64,000 nt of DNA from a virus. Lineage: Duplodnaviria; Heunggongvirae; Uroviricota; Caudoviricetes. This document shows, one piece after another, positions 26,831 to 36,647 of the stretch. Each line of letters starts with the position of its first letter. The first letter of the stretch is position 1. Location of the stretch: the IMG/VR virus record IMGVR_UViG_3300032307_000691; one strand, written 5' to 3'. Below the pieces are notes generated by a model. That model did not search any database and was not told the DNA's origin. It saw nothing but the letters and a program-made list of their open reading frames with translations. The position numbers were made by a program, and so were the translations under genes.

Positions 26831-27050
26831 CTTCTGTTAGATACCCAATCACATCGTTGGTAATTGGTGTATCATAAGTTAAGTTACCATTAGAATCCAA
26901 AACCGCCATCTCGTACTGACCATTACTACCACCATAGGTATATGGTCCTTTAACCACGGATGCTCCGTATCCGTTATCAAATTGAATGCGAGCAGCTATT
27001 CCCATGTTGTGGGGTTTATCTTCAAAAACTAAATCCTTAAAGGTTTTCAT
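26781..27050 (-). CDS. hypothetical protein (89 aa)
   Basis: ORF track; overlaps the start region of 26393..26830, so one of the two starts is probably downstream. Confidence 0.4.
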   Translation of the reverse strand: MKTFKDLVFEDKPHNMGIAARIQFDNGYGASVVKGPYTYGGSNGQYEMAVLDSNGNLTYDTPITNDVIGYLTEDEVTDYLAQIQELPNE

Positions 27051-27256
27051 TAATCTACAATTTTACGTACAAAATAAGAGTGTCCCGAATCAGTGTTTGC
27101 GTTAAGTATTTCTACCATTTTGTTTACCTCATCTTCATTTTCGAATTCCTCAACTTCTCCTTGTGAGTCATTCATGATTACGTGGACATAGTGAGGTTCC
27201 CCATCAGCGTGGAGTTTGTCCGTAACCATTTTCTTTACGATAATGTATCTTGCCAT
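27050..27256 (-). CDS. hypothetical protein
   Basis: ORF 27050..27316 trimmed to an internal ATG (MARYIIV). Confidence 0.4.
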   Translation of the reverse strand: MARYIIVKKMVTDKLHADGEPHYVHVIMNDSQGEVEEFENEDEVNKMVEILNANTDSGHSYFVRKIVD

Positions 27257-27257
27257 T

Positions 27258-27806
27258 TTAGAGTGATAAATAAAGTCGGTTATGATTATACAAGGCGACG
27301 GGATTAGAATCGGCAATCAGACCGTACTTATCCATTACGTGCTCGTAAGCTTTCTCTTGTGGTTCATTAATAACCTCAGATAAGATGTTACAGAAACCAA
27401 AATTGGATTCGTCAACAACATCTTGTTTTGTACCAGGTAAACCACAGTAGTAAGCTTCTCCAACCTCGGAGATAAACATCCCGGAGTAGAATCCTTTAAG
27501 TCCGTGGAGGTCCACAAACCTGTCGGCATTACACCAAATAAAAACTGAGTTGTCTTTTTCCTTTAACAAAGGAACCATAGTTTGGTCGATGATGTAACCA
27601 CCGGCTCCACCAAATCTTCCAATACTAAACAATCCACCGGGTGAACCGTGACCCATCATCATAACGCGGTCATGTTCCTTTATTAACTTTTTTATGTCTT
27701 CTTTACTAACCCCACCAGTAACTACTGTCTTGTTAGGAATTGGGTTGTAGACGATATCCAAGAAAGACGTTGATGAGTCTTCAGGATGTATAATTAATGT
27801 TTTCAT
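27258..27806 (-). CDS. hypothetical protein (182 aa)
   Basis: ORF track. Confidence 0.5.
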   Translation of the reverse strand: MKTLIIHPEDSSTSFLDIVYNPIPNKTVVTGGVSKEDIKKLIKEHDRVMMMGHGSPGGLFSIGRFGGAGGYIIDQTMVPLLKEKDNSVFIWCNADRFVDLHGLKGFYSGMFISEVGEAYYCGLPGTKQDVVDESNFGFCNILSEVINEPQEKAYEHVMDKYGLIADSNPVALYNHNRLYLSL

Positions 27807-27827
27807 ACCACAAAGATATTAACAACA

Positions 27828-27851
27828 TTTGAATATTCCAAAAAATATTTC
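27828..27851 (-). promoter_or_regulatory. GAATATTC-type promoter-like box (GGAATATTCAAA)
   Basis: 22 nt upstream of start 27806. Confidence 0.5.
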
Positions 27852-27880
27852 AAATATTTTTATATAAATCTATTTTTGTT

Positions 27881-28861
27881 TTATCCTCTACCCAAGTTGA
27901 TTTCAGGCATTGCTTCTGACATTACCTCACGAATTGTTCGAACTTCGTTCCCCACCAGTCTTTCCTCCATTGGTGCTTCATTCATTTCCATCATTGGTTC
28001 TTGTTCAGTAACCGCCATTTCCATATCCATAGGTTCAGGTTCAATCATACGTGACTTTTCATAAACTTGGGCGAAACTCTCTTCGATTTTTCTATCTTCT
28101 TCACTCAAGAATTGCATGTTTGGTACCGCAAGAACATTTTGAAATTCCTTTCTGATGATTTCCAAAATGAATGTTGGTAATGTTGTTTCCATTGAATCAA
28201 TTCGGTTATCGGTTTGATTCCAAAATGAAAGTTCGGGGTCATCGGCTCTTAACGATTTAAATGCGGCAACTTTTAATCCGGTAAGTTTGTTAATCACATA
28301 AACCAAGATACCTTTCTTTGAATAACGAAGGAAGTATTCAGGATTGCTCTCAGATGCAGTACACCATTTTGTTGATGAACCATATTTGCGAGATGCCAAG
28401 TATGTTAATGGTCTCAATACCACCCACTCATTGTCATTGTGTAATTTAATAACCTGTTTTTCCAAATCCTTCTCCATGGTTTTGATTTCCGCCAAACTAT
28501 TGGCACTCATTACCATTTCGAAATTGGTATACTTTGAAAGGTCATTGTCGGCAATCAAGCCTCTCTCATTGTACTCACAGAATTTTTGAAAAGCTTTGAT
28601 ATCTGATTGGTTGAACATCGTGTCAATCATACGATAGAAGAATATCATTTGGAAGTCGGATATCTCATCTAATTTATTCGGTGAAACATCGAAAGTGTTT
28701 GTGAATTCTCTTTTTATATCTCTAATGTAACTATCGGAATTACGGGTCTTCCTCATTATTCGAAGAAGTGTTTCAACATACTTTGGTTTACCCTCAGGTA
28801 CAAAGATTTTTAAAAGTTCAGCGACGTTGATAACGTTTTCAGAGTTATTTCTTAGATTCAT
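27881..28861 (-). CDS. conserved phage protein, paralog of 12574..13473 (family A)
   Basis: Shared YGSSTKWCTA block. Confidence 0.55.
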   Translation of the reverse strand: MNLRNNSENVINVAELLKIFVPEGKPKYVETLLRIMRKTRNSDSYIRDIKREFTNTFDVSPNKLDEISDFQMIFFYRMIDTMFNQSDIKAFQKFCEYNERGLIADNDLSKYTNFEMVMSANSLAEIKTMEKDLEKQVIKLHNDNEWVVLRPLTYLASRKYGSSTKWCTASESNPEYFLRYSKKGILVYVINKLTGLKVAAFKSLRADDPELSFWNQTDNRIDSMETTLPTFILEIIRKEFQNVLAVPNMQFLSEEDRKIEESFAQVYEKSRMIEPEPMDMEMAVTEQEPMMEMNEAPMEERLVGNEVRTIREVMSEAMPEINLGRG

Positions 28862-28878
28862 GTTATTTTGGTTTTTAA

Positions 28879-29544
28879 TTAGTATTGTGTTCTTAAAATT
28901 TCAATTACATCCCAAGCATCTTCAAGTGCATTATGTGTAACAATACCGTTGATGTTTGCTCGTTCTTTACAGGTTGTTAATGATGGAAGTGATTTATCTT
29001 CTTTCCAATCAACAAATAAAATTGCCGGGTCAAGGACTCTTTGTCGAGTTCTAATTAGTTTCTTCCACCATGGAAGGTCTTCAAGGAATAACTTATCAAA
29101 TGTTCCGAAGTTTTTACCTGCAACATTGATAGTGATTGACGGTGTGTTACTACCGAATACGGGAAATGGAACACCATCAACGATTCTAACGGTCTTTAAT
29201 GATTCAACATGCATCATGTAACCATTTGCCCACAAGAAATCGTAGAACTTCTGTACAACTTCATCTTCAGTACAAAAAATGTAATCACCCTGATTGTTCA
29301 TGTTTGCCTTAGTTTCATCATCACCTTCCAAGTAATCACCAATCATCCCAATGATTTCTTTATTCATTGTAATTGCTCTTGGTGAACCCTGAATATTGTG
29401 TTGTAGAACTATGGTATTAAACTTTGGTAGTTCCTCGTATGGTAACTTCTTTTCGGTGTCTTCAATTATGGCACCAATTGATAAGATATTGTTCATATCA
29501 GGATTCAAACCTGACGTTTCAATATCGATACTTACATATTTCAT
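28879..29544 (-). CDS. DEDDh 3'-5' exonuclease (DnaQ-like)
   Basis: VSIDIETSGLNP (Exo I DxE) and HNALEDAWDV (Exo III HxxxxD). Confidence 0.65.
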   Translation of the reverse strand: MKYVSIDIETSGLNPDMNNILSIGAIIEDTEKKLPYEELPKFNTIVLQHNIQGSPRAITMNKEIIGMIGDYLEGDDETKANMNNQGDYIFCTEDEVVQKFYDFLWANGYMMHVESLKTVRIVDGVPFPVFGSNTPSITINVAGKNFGTFDKLFLEDLPWWKKLIRTRQRVLDPAILFVDWKEDKSLPSLTTCKERANINGIVTHNALEDAWDVIEILRTQY

Positions 29545-29735
29545 TAATCAAACATTTTAATAAATGCAACAATCATAACAAATAAAAAGATAAGAGCAAA
29601 TCCACCCCACAAAGGTGCGGTTACCCACCACCATGACCAATCAATATAATTGGTGAGTTTTAAGGTCATAAAAATTAAAAACATCAGACCGAAGAATCCC
29701 ACTCCTCCTGATGAACTTGAGTTGTTGTTCGACAT
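29544..29735 (-). CDS. small membrane protein (63 aa)
   Basis: Two TM helices. Confidence 0.45.
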   Translation of the reverse strand: MSNNNSSSSGGVGFFGLMFLIFMTLKLTNYIDWSWWWVTAPLWGGFALIFLFVMIVAFIKMFD

Positions 29736-29736
29736 A

Positions 29737-30210
29737 TTAAACTATATTATATTTCTCTCTTAATGTTCTAATTGTATCTGCAGCAGATACATGAAGGATT
29801 CCTTCACCACCATCTTCAATCCAACCTTGGATATTATCTGAACGGTCATCAATAAGGATGTGATTGGGTGCCGCAAATTCTCTTTTGCGGGATGCACTTC
29901 TTAGAATCAATTCAACACCGGGTAATTCTCTTTGAACCCAATCAAATTTACCAACTCGTGAATCGTTATTTCTTGATGGTGCAGATAAAAGTATTGGACT
30001 GTATTTTGATATGACTTTCCACAAATCATTTCCGTCGGGCATCCATTCCATGTTTACCCAAAAGTCATATCCCGCATCATTAATGGGGTCCCAAAAATTC
30101 TTATCGTTGAAGTGTTGTCCGGTAATGTCAACACCAGTAAGGTCAAAGTATGCCTTATTGAAGTTCGTTAGAACCCCATCCATATCACAGTATATCTTGT
30201 AATCCCCCAT
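29737..30210 (-). CDS. HAD-family 5'(3')-deoxyribonucleotidase-like phosphatase
   Basis: IYCDMDGVLTNF DxDGV motif; start trimmed to MGDYKIY. Confidence 0.55.
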   Translation of the reverse strand: MGDYKIYCDMDGVLTNFNKAYFDLTGVDITGQHFNDKNFWDPINDAGYDFWVNMEWMPDGNDLWKVISKYSPILLSAPSRNNDSRVGKFDWVQRELPGVELILRSASRKREFAAPNHILIDDRSDNIQGWIEDGGEGILHVSAADTIRTLREKYNIV

Positions 30211-30277
30211 TATCTTAAAAAGGTTTTTACAAATATACAAATAAATCTTTAAAATAAAAAAATATTAGAAATGTTTT

Positions 30278-30616
30278 TTACCAATTTTCATCTTGGTCAT
30301 CGTCAAAGTCGTCATCCTCGTCTTCGTAATCATCATCTTCGTCCTCCCATAACGCATCTTCTTCTAATTCTTCAATAAGTGCATCGTAAATCAAATCTTC
30401 ATTTACCCATTCAGGTAAATCTTCGTCGTCATTGGATTCGAAATGTTTGATATCAACGTCTTCTCGACTTATGTATGGTGAATCACCGAATGAATCATCC
30501 ATATCTTCTTCTTCATTAAAGAATGTATACGTAACGTACACATCAAATTCATCATCCCCGTTTGGGTTGTAAACGGTAACGACTTTGTTGTTTAAACCTT
30601 TTTTAGATTTTCCCAT
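30278..30616 (-). CDS. highly acidic protein (112 aa)
   Basis: D/E-rich tail DEDDDYEDEDDDFDDDQDENW. Confidence 0.5.
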   Translation of the reverse strand: MGKSKKGLNNKVVTVYNPNGDDEFDVYVTYTFFNEEEDMDDSFGDSPYISREDVDIKHFESNDDEDLPEWVNEDLIYDALIEELEEDALWEDEDDDYEDEDDDFDDDQDENW

Positions 30617-30621
30617 ATCAA

Positions 30622-31173
30622 TTGTTAGTGATATTTATTACTAGAATGTTCAAATATATATCTGAAATATTATCAAAATTCACTCAGGGTCAAAGAATTA
30701 TGGCTCTTTTATTGTTATTGTTTTCAATAACATTAATATCTGTGGGTCCAAAAATCGTGGAATCTTTCACTTCAAGTAGTGAAGAACTGGAATTGAGAGT
30801 GCAATCACAAAACACACAAATCATTCAACTAAATAAAAGGGTAAATGAATTAACCACTCAAATTATTGACAATCAAAGAGAGTGTACCAATTCAATTGTG
30901 GTTAGGGAAGCAGAGATTTTGATGGAGATTGCCGAACTTGAACGTAGAATTAAGAACGAAATGAAGAACCAAAATGGTTTGGTTAAAGAAGAAGAGATTT
31001 TCGTTAATAGAATGGAGAAATATGACGGTGAATATCCGAGAGTTGCTATGTCACCTCCACCACCGGCACCTGTAAAAATAGAAACCCCCCAAACAAATCA
31101 AATGATGCTTGAGGGGTTATCCAAAATCAAATCAAATATCAAAAAGGACATCAAGTCCAAAAGTGGTAATTAA
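30622..31173 (+). CDS. membrane-anchored coiled-coil protein
   Basis: TM helix followed by heptad-rich segment; lone plus-strand gene. Confidence 0.5.
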   Translation: MLVIFITRMFKYISEILSKFTQGQRIMALLLLLFSITLISVGPKIVESFTSSSEELELRVQSQNTQIIQLNKRVNELTTQIIDNQRECTNSIVVREAEILMEIAELERRIKNEMKNQNGLVKEEEIFVNRMEKYDGEYPRVAMSPPPPAPVKIETPQTNQMMLEGLSKIKSNIKKDIKSKSGN

Positions 31174-31443
31174 TTATTTCTGACCAAGAATATTACCTGA
31201 GTTGGTATCAACAACTACAATGTTACCTTCTTTGTCCTTACCAATAACTACGTCACTGGTATCTTGAGGTTGTTCCTCATTACCCATTTCTTTTTCCAAT
31301 TCTTTCTCGGCTTCGTAATCTTCATAACCCGGTAATTCCTCAGGTTGGATTTTTGTGTCGAAATCATCGAATTGAGCTTCGCTAATCGTTTTCTTAACGA
31401 TATTTTCAATATCAGAGAGTTTTAATTTAATAACCTTAGCCAT
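31174..31443 (-). CDS. hypothetical protein (89 aa)
   Basis: ORF track. Confidence 0.5.
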   Translation of the reverse strand: MAKVIKLKLSDIENIVKKTISEAQFDDFDTKIQPEELPGYEDYEAEKELEKEMGNEEQPQDTSDVVIGKDKEGNIVVVDTNSGNILGQK

Positions 31444-31450
31444 ACTATAT

Positions 31451-31469
31451 TTTTATATATAAATATCAT
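31451..31469 (-). promoter_or_regulatory. TATTTATATATA AT-box (T4-late-like)
   Basis: Immediately upstream of start 31443. Confidence 0.35.
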
Positions 31470-31478
31470 TAGACAATA

Positions 31479-31503
31479 AAAAACCCCTCCGAAGAGGGGT
31501 TTA
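31479..31503. terminator. rho-independent terminator
   Basis: AAAAACCCCTCCGAAGAGGGGTTT. Confidence 0.65.
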
Positions 31504-31505
31504 TA

Positions 31506-32456
31506 TTACTTAATACCTAACATTATGTTCTGTCCGTTCCCTAACATGGTTTCGGGTAGTTTTCCGTTCCACTTATCAATCCATTGTTGTTGTAACAACA
31601 TCTGAGTAAGGGTTTTCTGTTTCAAAGAGTTGGCTTCCGCCTCCGCCTTAGCCGATGTCAACATTGCCTTAGCGTTACCCTCGGCGGTTGCGATTTTAAT
31701 CTTGGCTTGTGCTTCTGCGGTTTTAACCTCATTTTCTGCTCGAAGTGCCGCTTGAACCGCATTGTTCTTAGCTTCAATCGCTTTCTTAAATGTTTCAGGG
31801 TAAACCAAGTTAGAAGTAAACTGAGCAATGGTGAAACCTTCCTTCAGTAATTGAGATTCTAAGATTCTCCTAACCTCAATCTCATATTGCTGTCGGTTAC
31901 CAATCAACTCATCGGCGGTGTATTTGTTTGTTGCCAAACGGAACGCATCGAATACTGCGGTTTTAAGGAACCCTTCTTCAATACTACTTAACTCTCTACG
32001 GTACTTAGAGAAGATTGAAGGAACTTTCTCACGTTGTACTGAGTAGTTAATGATAGGGCTCACATGGAACTCACTACCGTCCTTAGAATTGACAATAAAT
32101 GAATTATCACCAACGTACTCTTTGTGTTGAACAAAGGTTGGGAACTCGTAGATACTGTGAGTAAATGGATTGTAAAATACCATACCAGTTACTTCAGTAA
32201 CATTATCCACTCCTTTATTGTCACCATAAAGGTTTACTTTGACACCAACGTGTCCTGCATCAATTCTCTCACAAGAGAAGAATAATACCATTAGTAGGAA
32301 GAAACCTACCACTCCGAAAATAATTTTTCTTACCATTTTTTTTATTTTAATTGATTGTTCTTGATTAAATTCTTCTTCTAATCTGTTTAATTCTTCCTCC
32401 GTTCTGCGATTACCATAACGGTCATATCTTTCACTGTATCTGTTAAACTTTGACAT
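31506..32456 (-). CDS. SPFH/band-7 (prohibitin-like) membrane protein
   Basis: N-terminal TM helix; SPFH-like core followed by an A/E/K-rich coiled coil. Confidence 0.6.
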   Translation of the reverse strand: MSKFNRYSERYDRYGNRRTEEELNRLEEEFNQEQSIKIKKMVRKIIFGVVGFFLLMVLFFSCERIDAGHVGVKVNLYGDNKGVDNVTEVTGMVFYNPFTHSIYEFPTFVQHKEYVGDNSFIVNSKDGSEFHVSPIINYSVQREKVPSIFSKYRRELSSIEEGFLKTAVFDAFRLATNKYTADELIGNRQQYEIEVRRILESQLLKEGFTIAQFTSNLVYPETFKKAIEAKNNAVQAALRAENEVKTAEAQAKIKIATAEGNAKAMLTSAKAEAEANSLKQKTLTQMLLQQQWIDKWNGKLPETMLGNGQNIMLGIK

Positions 32457-32826
32457 TGTTTTTTGGTTTTTTTGCTTTTGGTTTTGGTTTCTTTACCGCC
32501 TTAATTGGTGGTGTCTTCTTAGTTGGGTGTTGACCTTTGGTTACTGTTGGGTCGTAATCCAATTCCGTTTCGGGTTCTTTATCTTCGTCTATGTTTAAAG
32601 AGATAATCATTTCGGGGTCCTTAACATCAAACCAAGTATTCTTTACAAAGTAGAATACAAAGCCGAGAGTTAAGACTCCTGAAACACCACTGACGATATT
32701 TGCCATTGTATTAGCCACGGTTAAACCTGGCCAGATGACAAATTCAAATAAACCAATGACACCAACCGATACAAAGAAGGTTAGTAAAAAGGGTGATTTA
32801 CACAAATCGATAAATGATTTTTTCAT
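32443..32826 (-). CDS. membrane protein with lysine-rich tail (possible NfeD-like partner of the SPFH protein)
   Basis: Two TM helices; K/P-rich C-terminus; translationally coupled upstream of the SPFH gene. Confidence 0.45.
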   Translation of the reverse strand: MKKSFIDLCKSPFLLTFFVSVGVIGLFEFVIWPGLTVANTMANIVSGVSGVLTLGFVFYFVKNTWFDVKDPEMIISLNIDEDKEPETELDYDPTVTKGQHPTKKTPPIKAVKKPKPKAKKPKNNVKV

Positions 32827-33037
32827 AGTTTGGTTTTTAAAGGAGGATTGGGTTCAAATTCAAATTAAAAGATTAGAATGAGTGTTAAAGTTTGACGTGG
32901 GAGTTTTGAGTGTTTTGAAATCTGAGTGTTGAGTTCCAATCAAAATCATCTTATCATTTACCACTAATTGCTGAATATTTGTAGGTACGTCGGATACGAC
33001 GAATCAATTAATTATCCTTCTCCCCCAATCCAAGTTC
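32827..33037. other. 211-nt non-coding region with GAGTGTT repeats and a cgtcg-gata-cgacg hairpin
   Basis: No ORF; four GAGTGTT copies within about 50 nt. Confidence 0.4.
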
Positions 33038-33469
33038 TTATATTTCAGTGTATGTGTTGAACTTATCCAACTCATCCTGAATCAATTCGATTCTTGCCTC
33101 CATGTCTTTTACCATGGTATCTCTTTCCACAGTATTGATTTCGGCATGACGAATGATTGGTTCGTTTTCGTTCCAACGATTTCTTTCCTTACCCTGAGAA
33201 CAGTTTAAACCCCTCAAGTGTTTAATCTGACTTTTAAGTTCTGACATCATAAAAATCTTATCGTACACCGGAGCGTTTGCTCTGTGAATTCGAGTTTTCA
33301 ATGCCACCAACTCATCCGAGTATTCTTGCCATTTCTGAATTGCTTCAGTGGCGGAGTATGGACGAGCGTTACCCTCTTCAATACTATTGTATGAAGATGC
33401 TTTAGAGAACTCCTCGGAAATCAACGTTACCAATTTGTTCTTTCTTTTTAATGCTTGTTTAATATTCAT
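33038..33469 (-). CDS. hypothetical protein (143 aa)
   Basis: ORF track. Confidence 0.5.
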   Translation of the reverse strand: MNIKQALKRKNKLVTLISEEFSKASSYNSIEEGNARPYSATEAIQKWQEYSDELVALKTRIHRANAPVYDKIFMMSELKSQIKHLRGLNCSQGKERNRWNENEPIIRHAEINTVERDTMVKDMEARIELIQDELDKFNTYTEI

Positions 33470-33515
33470 CTGACTTCTTTTTTAAAATATAAAAAATTAA
33501 TTTTGATTTTCCAAA

Positions 33516-34169
33516 TTATCCAACAACATTTTGCATGTCATCCAAATGATGGTCGAGTGGACCCATCTCGGAACCAATTTCTCGTTTCTTCAACATCTTG
33601 ATTACTTCATGTAAATCATATGGTTCAAATTCAGGATTACCATCCATACCAACATCCATTCGACGACCATTACTAATCTTTTGGTTATGTGGTAAATGGC
33701 AATGTCCATGAAGATGAACACGACCTTTACGAAGGTTGTTCCAACTTGATATTGGGTAATGACAACATTCAATTGTTTCACCCATATATTCAAATTGTTC
33801 AAACCAAGACACACTCAAGAATAACTTTCGAATATCTCCACGATTCCTATCAATGTGGTGGTCATGATTACCCAAAATCAAATGGATGTTTTGACAAATA
33901 ATTCTATTTCTGAACTCCTCAATCTTTTCAAACCCACCGAATGACCAATCACCCAAGTGAATTAAAATATCATCTTGACCAACAAGTGAATTGATGTTGT
34001 TCACAATTGCGGCGTTCATCTTTTCAATGGTTGGGAAATCCCTTGTTTGATTAACAGGAACATCTCCATTGGGTAACCTCCAATTTGTCACACCACGACA
34101 TATGTTCGTATGTCCGTAATGTGTATCGGATGTAATCCAAACTTTCTTTTCTTTTTCTAACTTAATCAT
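33516..34169 (-). CDS. calcineurin-like metallophosphoesterase
   Basis: SDTHYGH, LGDW and LGNHDHH motifs (DxH...GD...GNHD/E). Confidence 0.7.
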   Translation of the reverse strand: MIKLEKEKKVWITSDTHYGHTNICRGVTNWRLPNGDVPVNQTRDFPTIEKMNAAIVNNINSLVGQDDILIHLGDWSFGGFEKIEEFRNRIICQNIHLILGNHDHHIDRNRGDIRKLFLSVSWFEQFEYMGETIECCHYPISSWNNLRKGRVHLHGHCHLPHNQKISNGRRMDVGMDGNPEFEPYDLHEVIKMLKKREIGSEMGPLDHHLDDMQNVVG

Positions 34170-34170
34170 A

Positions 34171-34671
34171 TCAACTAAAATCTGTGGATGAACTTACTCG
34201 AAGTCCATCGATTATTAAATCATCATATTTCTCATCGTCCAACCAAAAGGACCCATGTCCTCTCGCCCTTTCCGCTTTACGATATTCTTCGTTAACAACC
34301 CAACCATCTGGTTGACCCCATTCAAGAGCCATGGCAATAAACTCCTCAACGTTCCATTCTTCACCGTATTCATCAACAACTCTACCTGAACGAATGAATG
34401 AGAGTAATTCCTCTTTATTTGAATAATGTTTGTTCTTGTGGAAATTCCAACAAAACTTCCACCCGCCACTTCGTTTACCTAAATGAATGTTAGTTCCGTC
34501 AATAAAAATACCCCACGGACTTTCTCTACCCCATTGGTCATCAATGGGTTCGTTAAAACCGCACTCAATGTTAATTGGAGTTAAATCCAAATCCATAACT
34601 CGTTGAACTAGAACCTTTTTTCGTTCTTCCATTTCTTCCGCCCGTGGAATTCTATAATAGTTCGTACCCAT
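34171..34671 (-). CDS. hypothetical protein (166 aa)
   Basis: ORF track. Confidence 0.5.
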   Translation of the reverse strand: MGTNYYRIPRAEEMEERKKVLVQRVMDLDLTPINIECGFNEPIDDQWGRESPWGIFIDGTNIHLGKRSGGWKFCWNFHKNKHYSNKEELLSFIRSGRVVDEYGEEWNVEEFIAMALEWGQPDGWVVNEEYRKAERARGHGSFWLDDEKYDDLIIDGLRVSSSTDFS

Positions 34672-34701
34672 TTTTTATGATTATTGTACAAAGATATAAA
34701 A

Positions 34702-34725
34702 TTTTTTAGAATATACAAAAAAATT
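34702..34725 (-). promoter_or_regulatory. GAATATTC-type promoter-like box (variant GTATATTCTAAAAAA)
   Basis: 31 nt upstream of start 34671. Confidence 0.45.
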
Positions 34726-34727
34726 AA

Positions 34728-34758
34728 CAAAAAAAAAATCCCCGATTTCTCGGGGATT
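34728..34758 (-). terminator. rho-independent terminator
   Basis: ATCCCCGATTTCTCGGGGAT hairpin followed by a U-run on the minus strand. Confidence 0.65.
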
Positions 34759-34784
34759 CTTCTAACTAATTGAAAATCAGTTTA

Positions 34785-35129
34785 TTATTCTGAAACGTAT
34801 TCTGCAAATGTTAAATCAGGATTCTCAGTTGTGAATTTTTCAATTAAAAAATCTTGAACCGATGCTAACAACTGTTCGTATGGGTCTGTTAATGAAACGT
34901 CAAAACTTAATTCTGTTCTATCGATGTTACTCACGGTAAATTGTGAAACATTCATTAATTGTAATGATGTAACATTACCGGGATTAGTGATTTCTTTCTC
35001 CACACATAATTGACATTCAACATCCAATCTACCCATAGGTACTTGTTTAACATTCAATGTTATTACGGCATCTTTGATATAACTGTCGTTGTTTGGATTT
35101 GGGAAGAATCCAGTTACTTGTATTGCCAT
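34785..35129 (-). CDS. hypothetical protein (114 aa)
   Basis: ORF track. Confidence 0.5.
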   Translation of the reverse strand: MAIQVTGFFPNPNNDSYIKDAVITLNVKQVPMGRLDVECQLCVEKEITNPGNVTSLQLMNVSQFTVSNIDRTELSFDVSLTDPYEQLLASVQDFLIEKFTTENPDLTFAEYVSE

Positions 35130-35130
35130 T

Positions 35131-36318
35131 TTACTTATTTAATTTATTTACAATTCTCTTTATTAACTTTTCAGTTAGTGATTCATTAACCGGTCTCTTA
35201 ATTTGATACTGTTTAACTGTCGCAACTTTTAAAGTTTCTTTAGGGTCAATTGCTTCGATTTGTGATTTCAAATCCTCAATTGCTTGGAGTAATGCGTTTA
35301 CTACGTTGATGTCATCCATCACAGTATATTCATCACTAAATTGTTTTGTTGGGTCAAGTTGTGCTGTTGTGGTTGCTTGGAATAACTTATCATCTAAGAA
35401 TCCACCTCTCAATCCACTCTCATCACTTAACTTTTTACCAATCTTATTCGTCATTCTAACATTCCAAGAAAAACTCTCACCCATTTTCTCACCTGAGATT
35501 TGGAAATCCATACGGATTGAAACGTCAAGGTTTTTCTCTTCTAAACCATAAGCATCTAATTTATATACATCGGTTTTACCGGCATATTGCTTTTGATTCT
35601 TCTTATCTGCTGCCCAATTACGATAATTGTTATTGTATTGTCTTGCTAAGTGATAAGTTTTCATTTCAGGTGTGTCTCCACCCTTAACACGAGCAATTGC
35701 CGCTTTCAAGAAATCCTGAACGGTTTCGTAGGCATTGTAGTTGTGAGTTTCGTAAACGATTTTTTCGTTATCAAATCTTGTATAAAGATTGATGTGTTTA
35801 CGGTCTCTCGCAACAATGGTTGGGATACTTCTCTTGTTCAATACTTCAGAGAATTCTTCGTTAGTGAACTCACTATCGATAACTGAGAATAACTTTCTTT
35901 TAATCCTTTCCTGAGCCGACATCTTTTCACCCGAAGCATAATAAGGTGTACCTGTTTTATAACTTCTTGGTTGGTCTTTGGTTCTTTTACAAGCAACCAA
36001 TTCAGGTTCGATTTTGTGTAGAGCACCTAAACTATCTAACCACTCCTTATTCTTTTCAATGAATTCATTTAATTCATCACAATCCAAAGGAACGATTAGT
36101 TTTTCTTTACCCGCTTCTAATGTTGGGTTTAGAATCCACGCATCGGGAACTCCGTGTTCACCTGGAGGTGTTGGGTTATCCTCTCTCCACACTGGTTGGA
36201 ACTTCTTCGGTTTACCCTCGTCTCTCATTCCCTTTTGTCTTAATGCCATTTCATCGACATCGACACCATGGGATTCTCTAATGAGACTTTTCAAATATTT
36301 TTCGGTATTCTTATCCAT
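35131..36318 (-). CDS. hypothetical protein (395 aa)
   Basis: ORF track. Confidence 0.55.
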   Translation of the reverse strand: MDKNTEKYLKSLIRESHGVDVDEMALRQKGMRDEGKPKKFQPVWREDNPTPPGEHGVPDAWILNPTLEAGKEKLIVPLDCDELNEFIEKNKEWLDSLGALHKIEPELVACKRTKDQPRSYKTGTPYYASGEKMSAQERIKRKLFSVIDSEFTNEEFSEVLNKRSIPTIVARDRKHINLYTRFDNEKIVYETHNYNAYETVQDFLKAAIARVKGGDTPEMKTYHLARQYNNNYRNWAADKKNQKQYAGKTDVYKLDAYGLEEKNLDVSIRMDFQISGEKMGESFSWNVRMTNKIGKKLSDESGLRGGFLDDKLFQATTTAQLDPTKQFSDEYTVMDDINVVNALLQAIEDLKSQIEAIDPKETLKVATVKQYQIKRPVNESLTEKLIKRIVNKLNK

Positions 36319-36330
36319 CTAACGATATAA

Positions 36331-36350
36331 TTTTACTATATATAAATACC
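36331..36350 (-). promoter_or_regulatory. TATTTATATATAGTA AT-box
   Basis: Same family as the boxes at 49681 and 62243. Confidence 0.35.
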
Positions 36351-36367
36351 AACGAAAAGAGTATTTA

Positions 36368-36595
36368 TCACATTCTATTGAATATGTCTCTTACTTTTTT
36401 ACCCAATTCCATATCGTTAGGTGTTTCCCTAATTAATTCGATTGGAATGGTGATTACATCTACATTAGGGGTTTTATCAAAACAAGTTTTACATAACTGT
36501 CCCAATCCTTCAATGTAACCATGTCTTTGGTCAATGTGTGTGTCGATTTCGTATGGGGTAACTTTCCCACATGATACGCAAATTTCTTTATCCAT
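36368..36595 (-). CDS. small zinc-ribbon protein
   Basis: CVSCGKV...CKTCFDK; ORF 36368..36784 trimmed to MDKEIC. Confidence 0.4.
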   Translation of the reverse strand: MDKEICVSCGKVTPYEIDTHIDQRHGYIEGLGQLCKTCFDKTPNVDVITIPIELIRETPNDMELGKKVRDIFNRM

Positions 36596-36647
36596 GTTGT
36601 TCGTTTTAACTAAAGATAAGAAATATTTTAATAAAAAAAAATATTTT

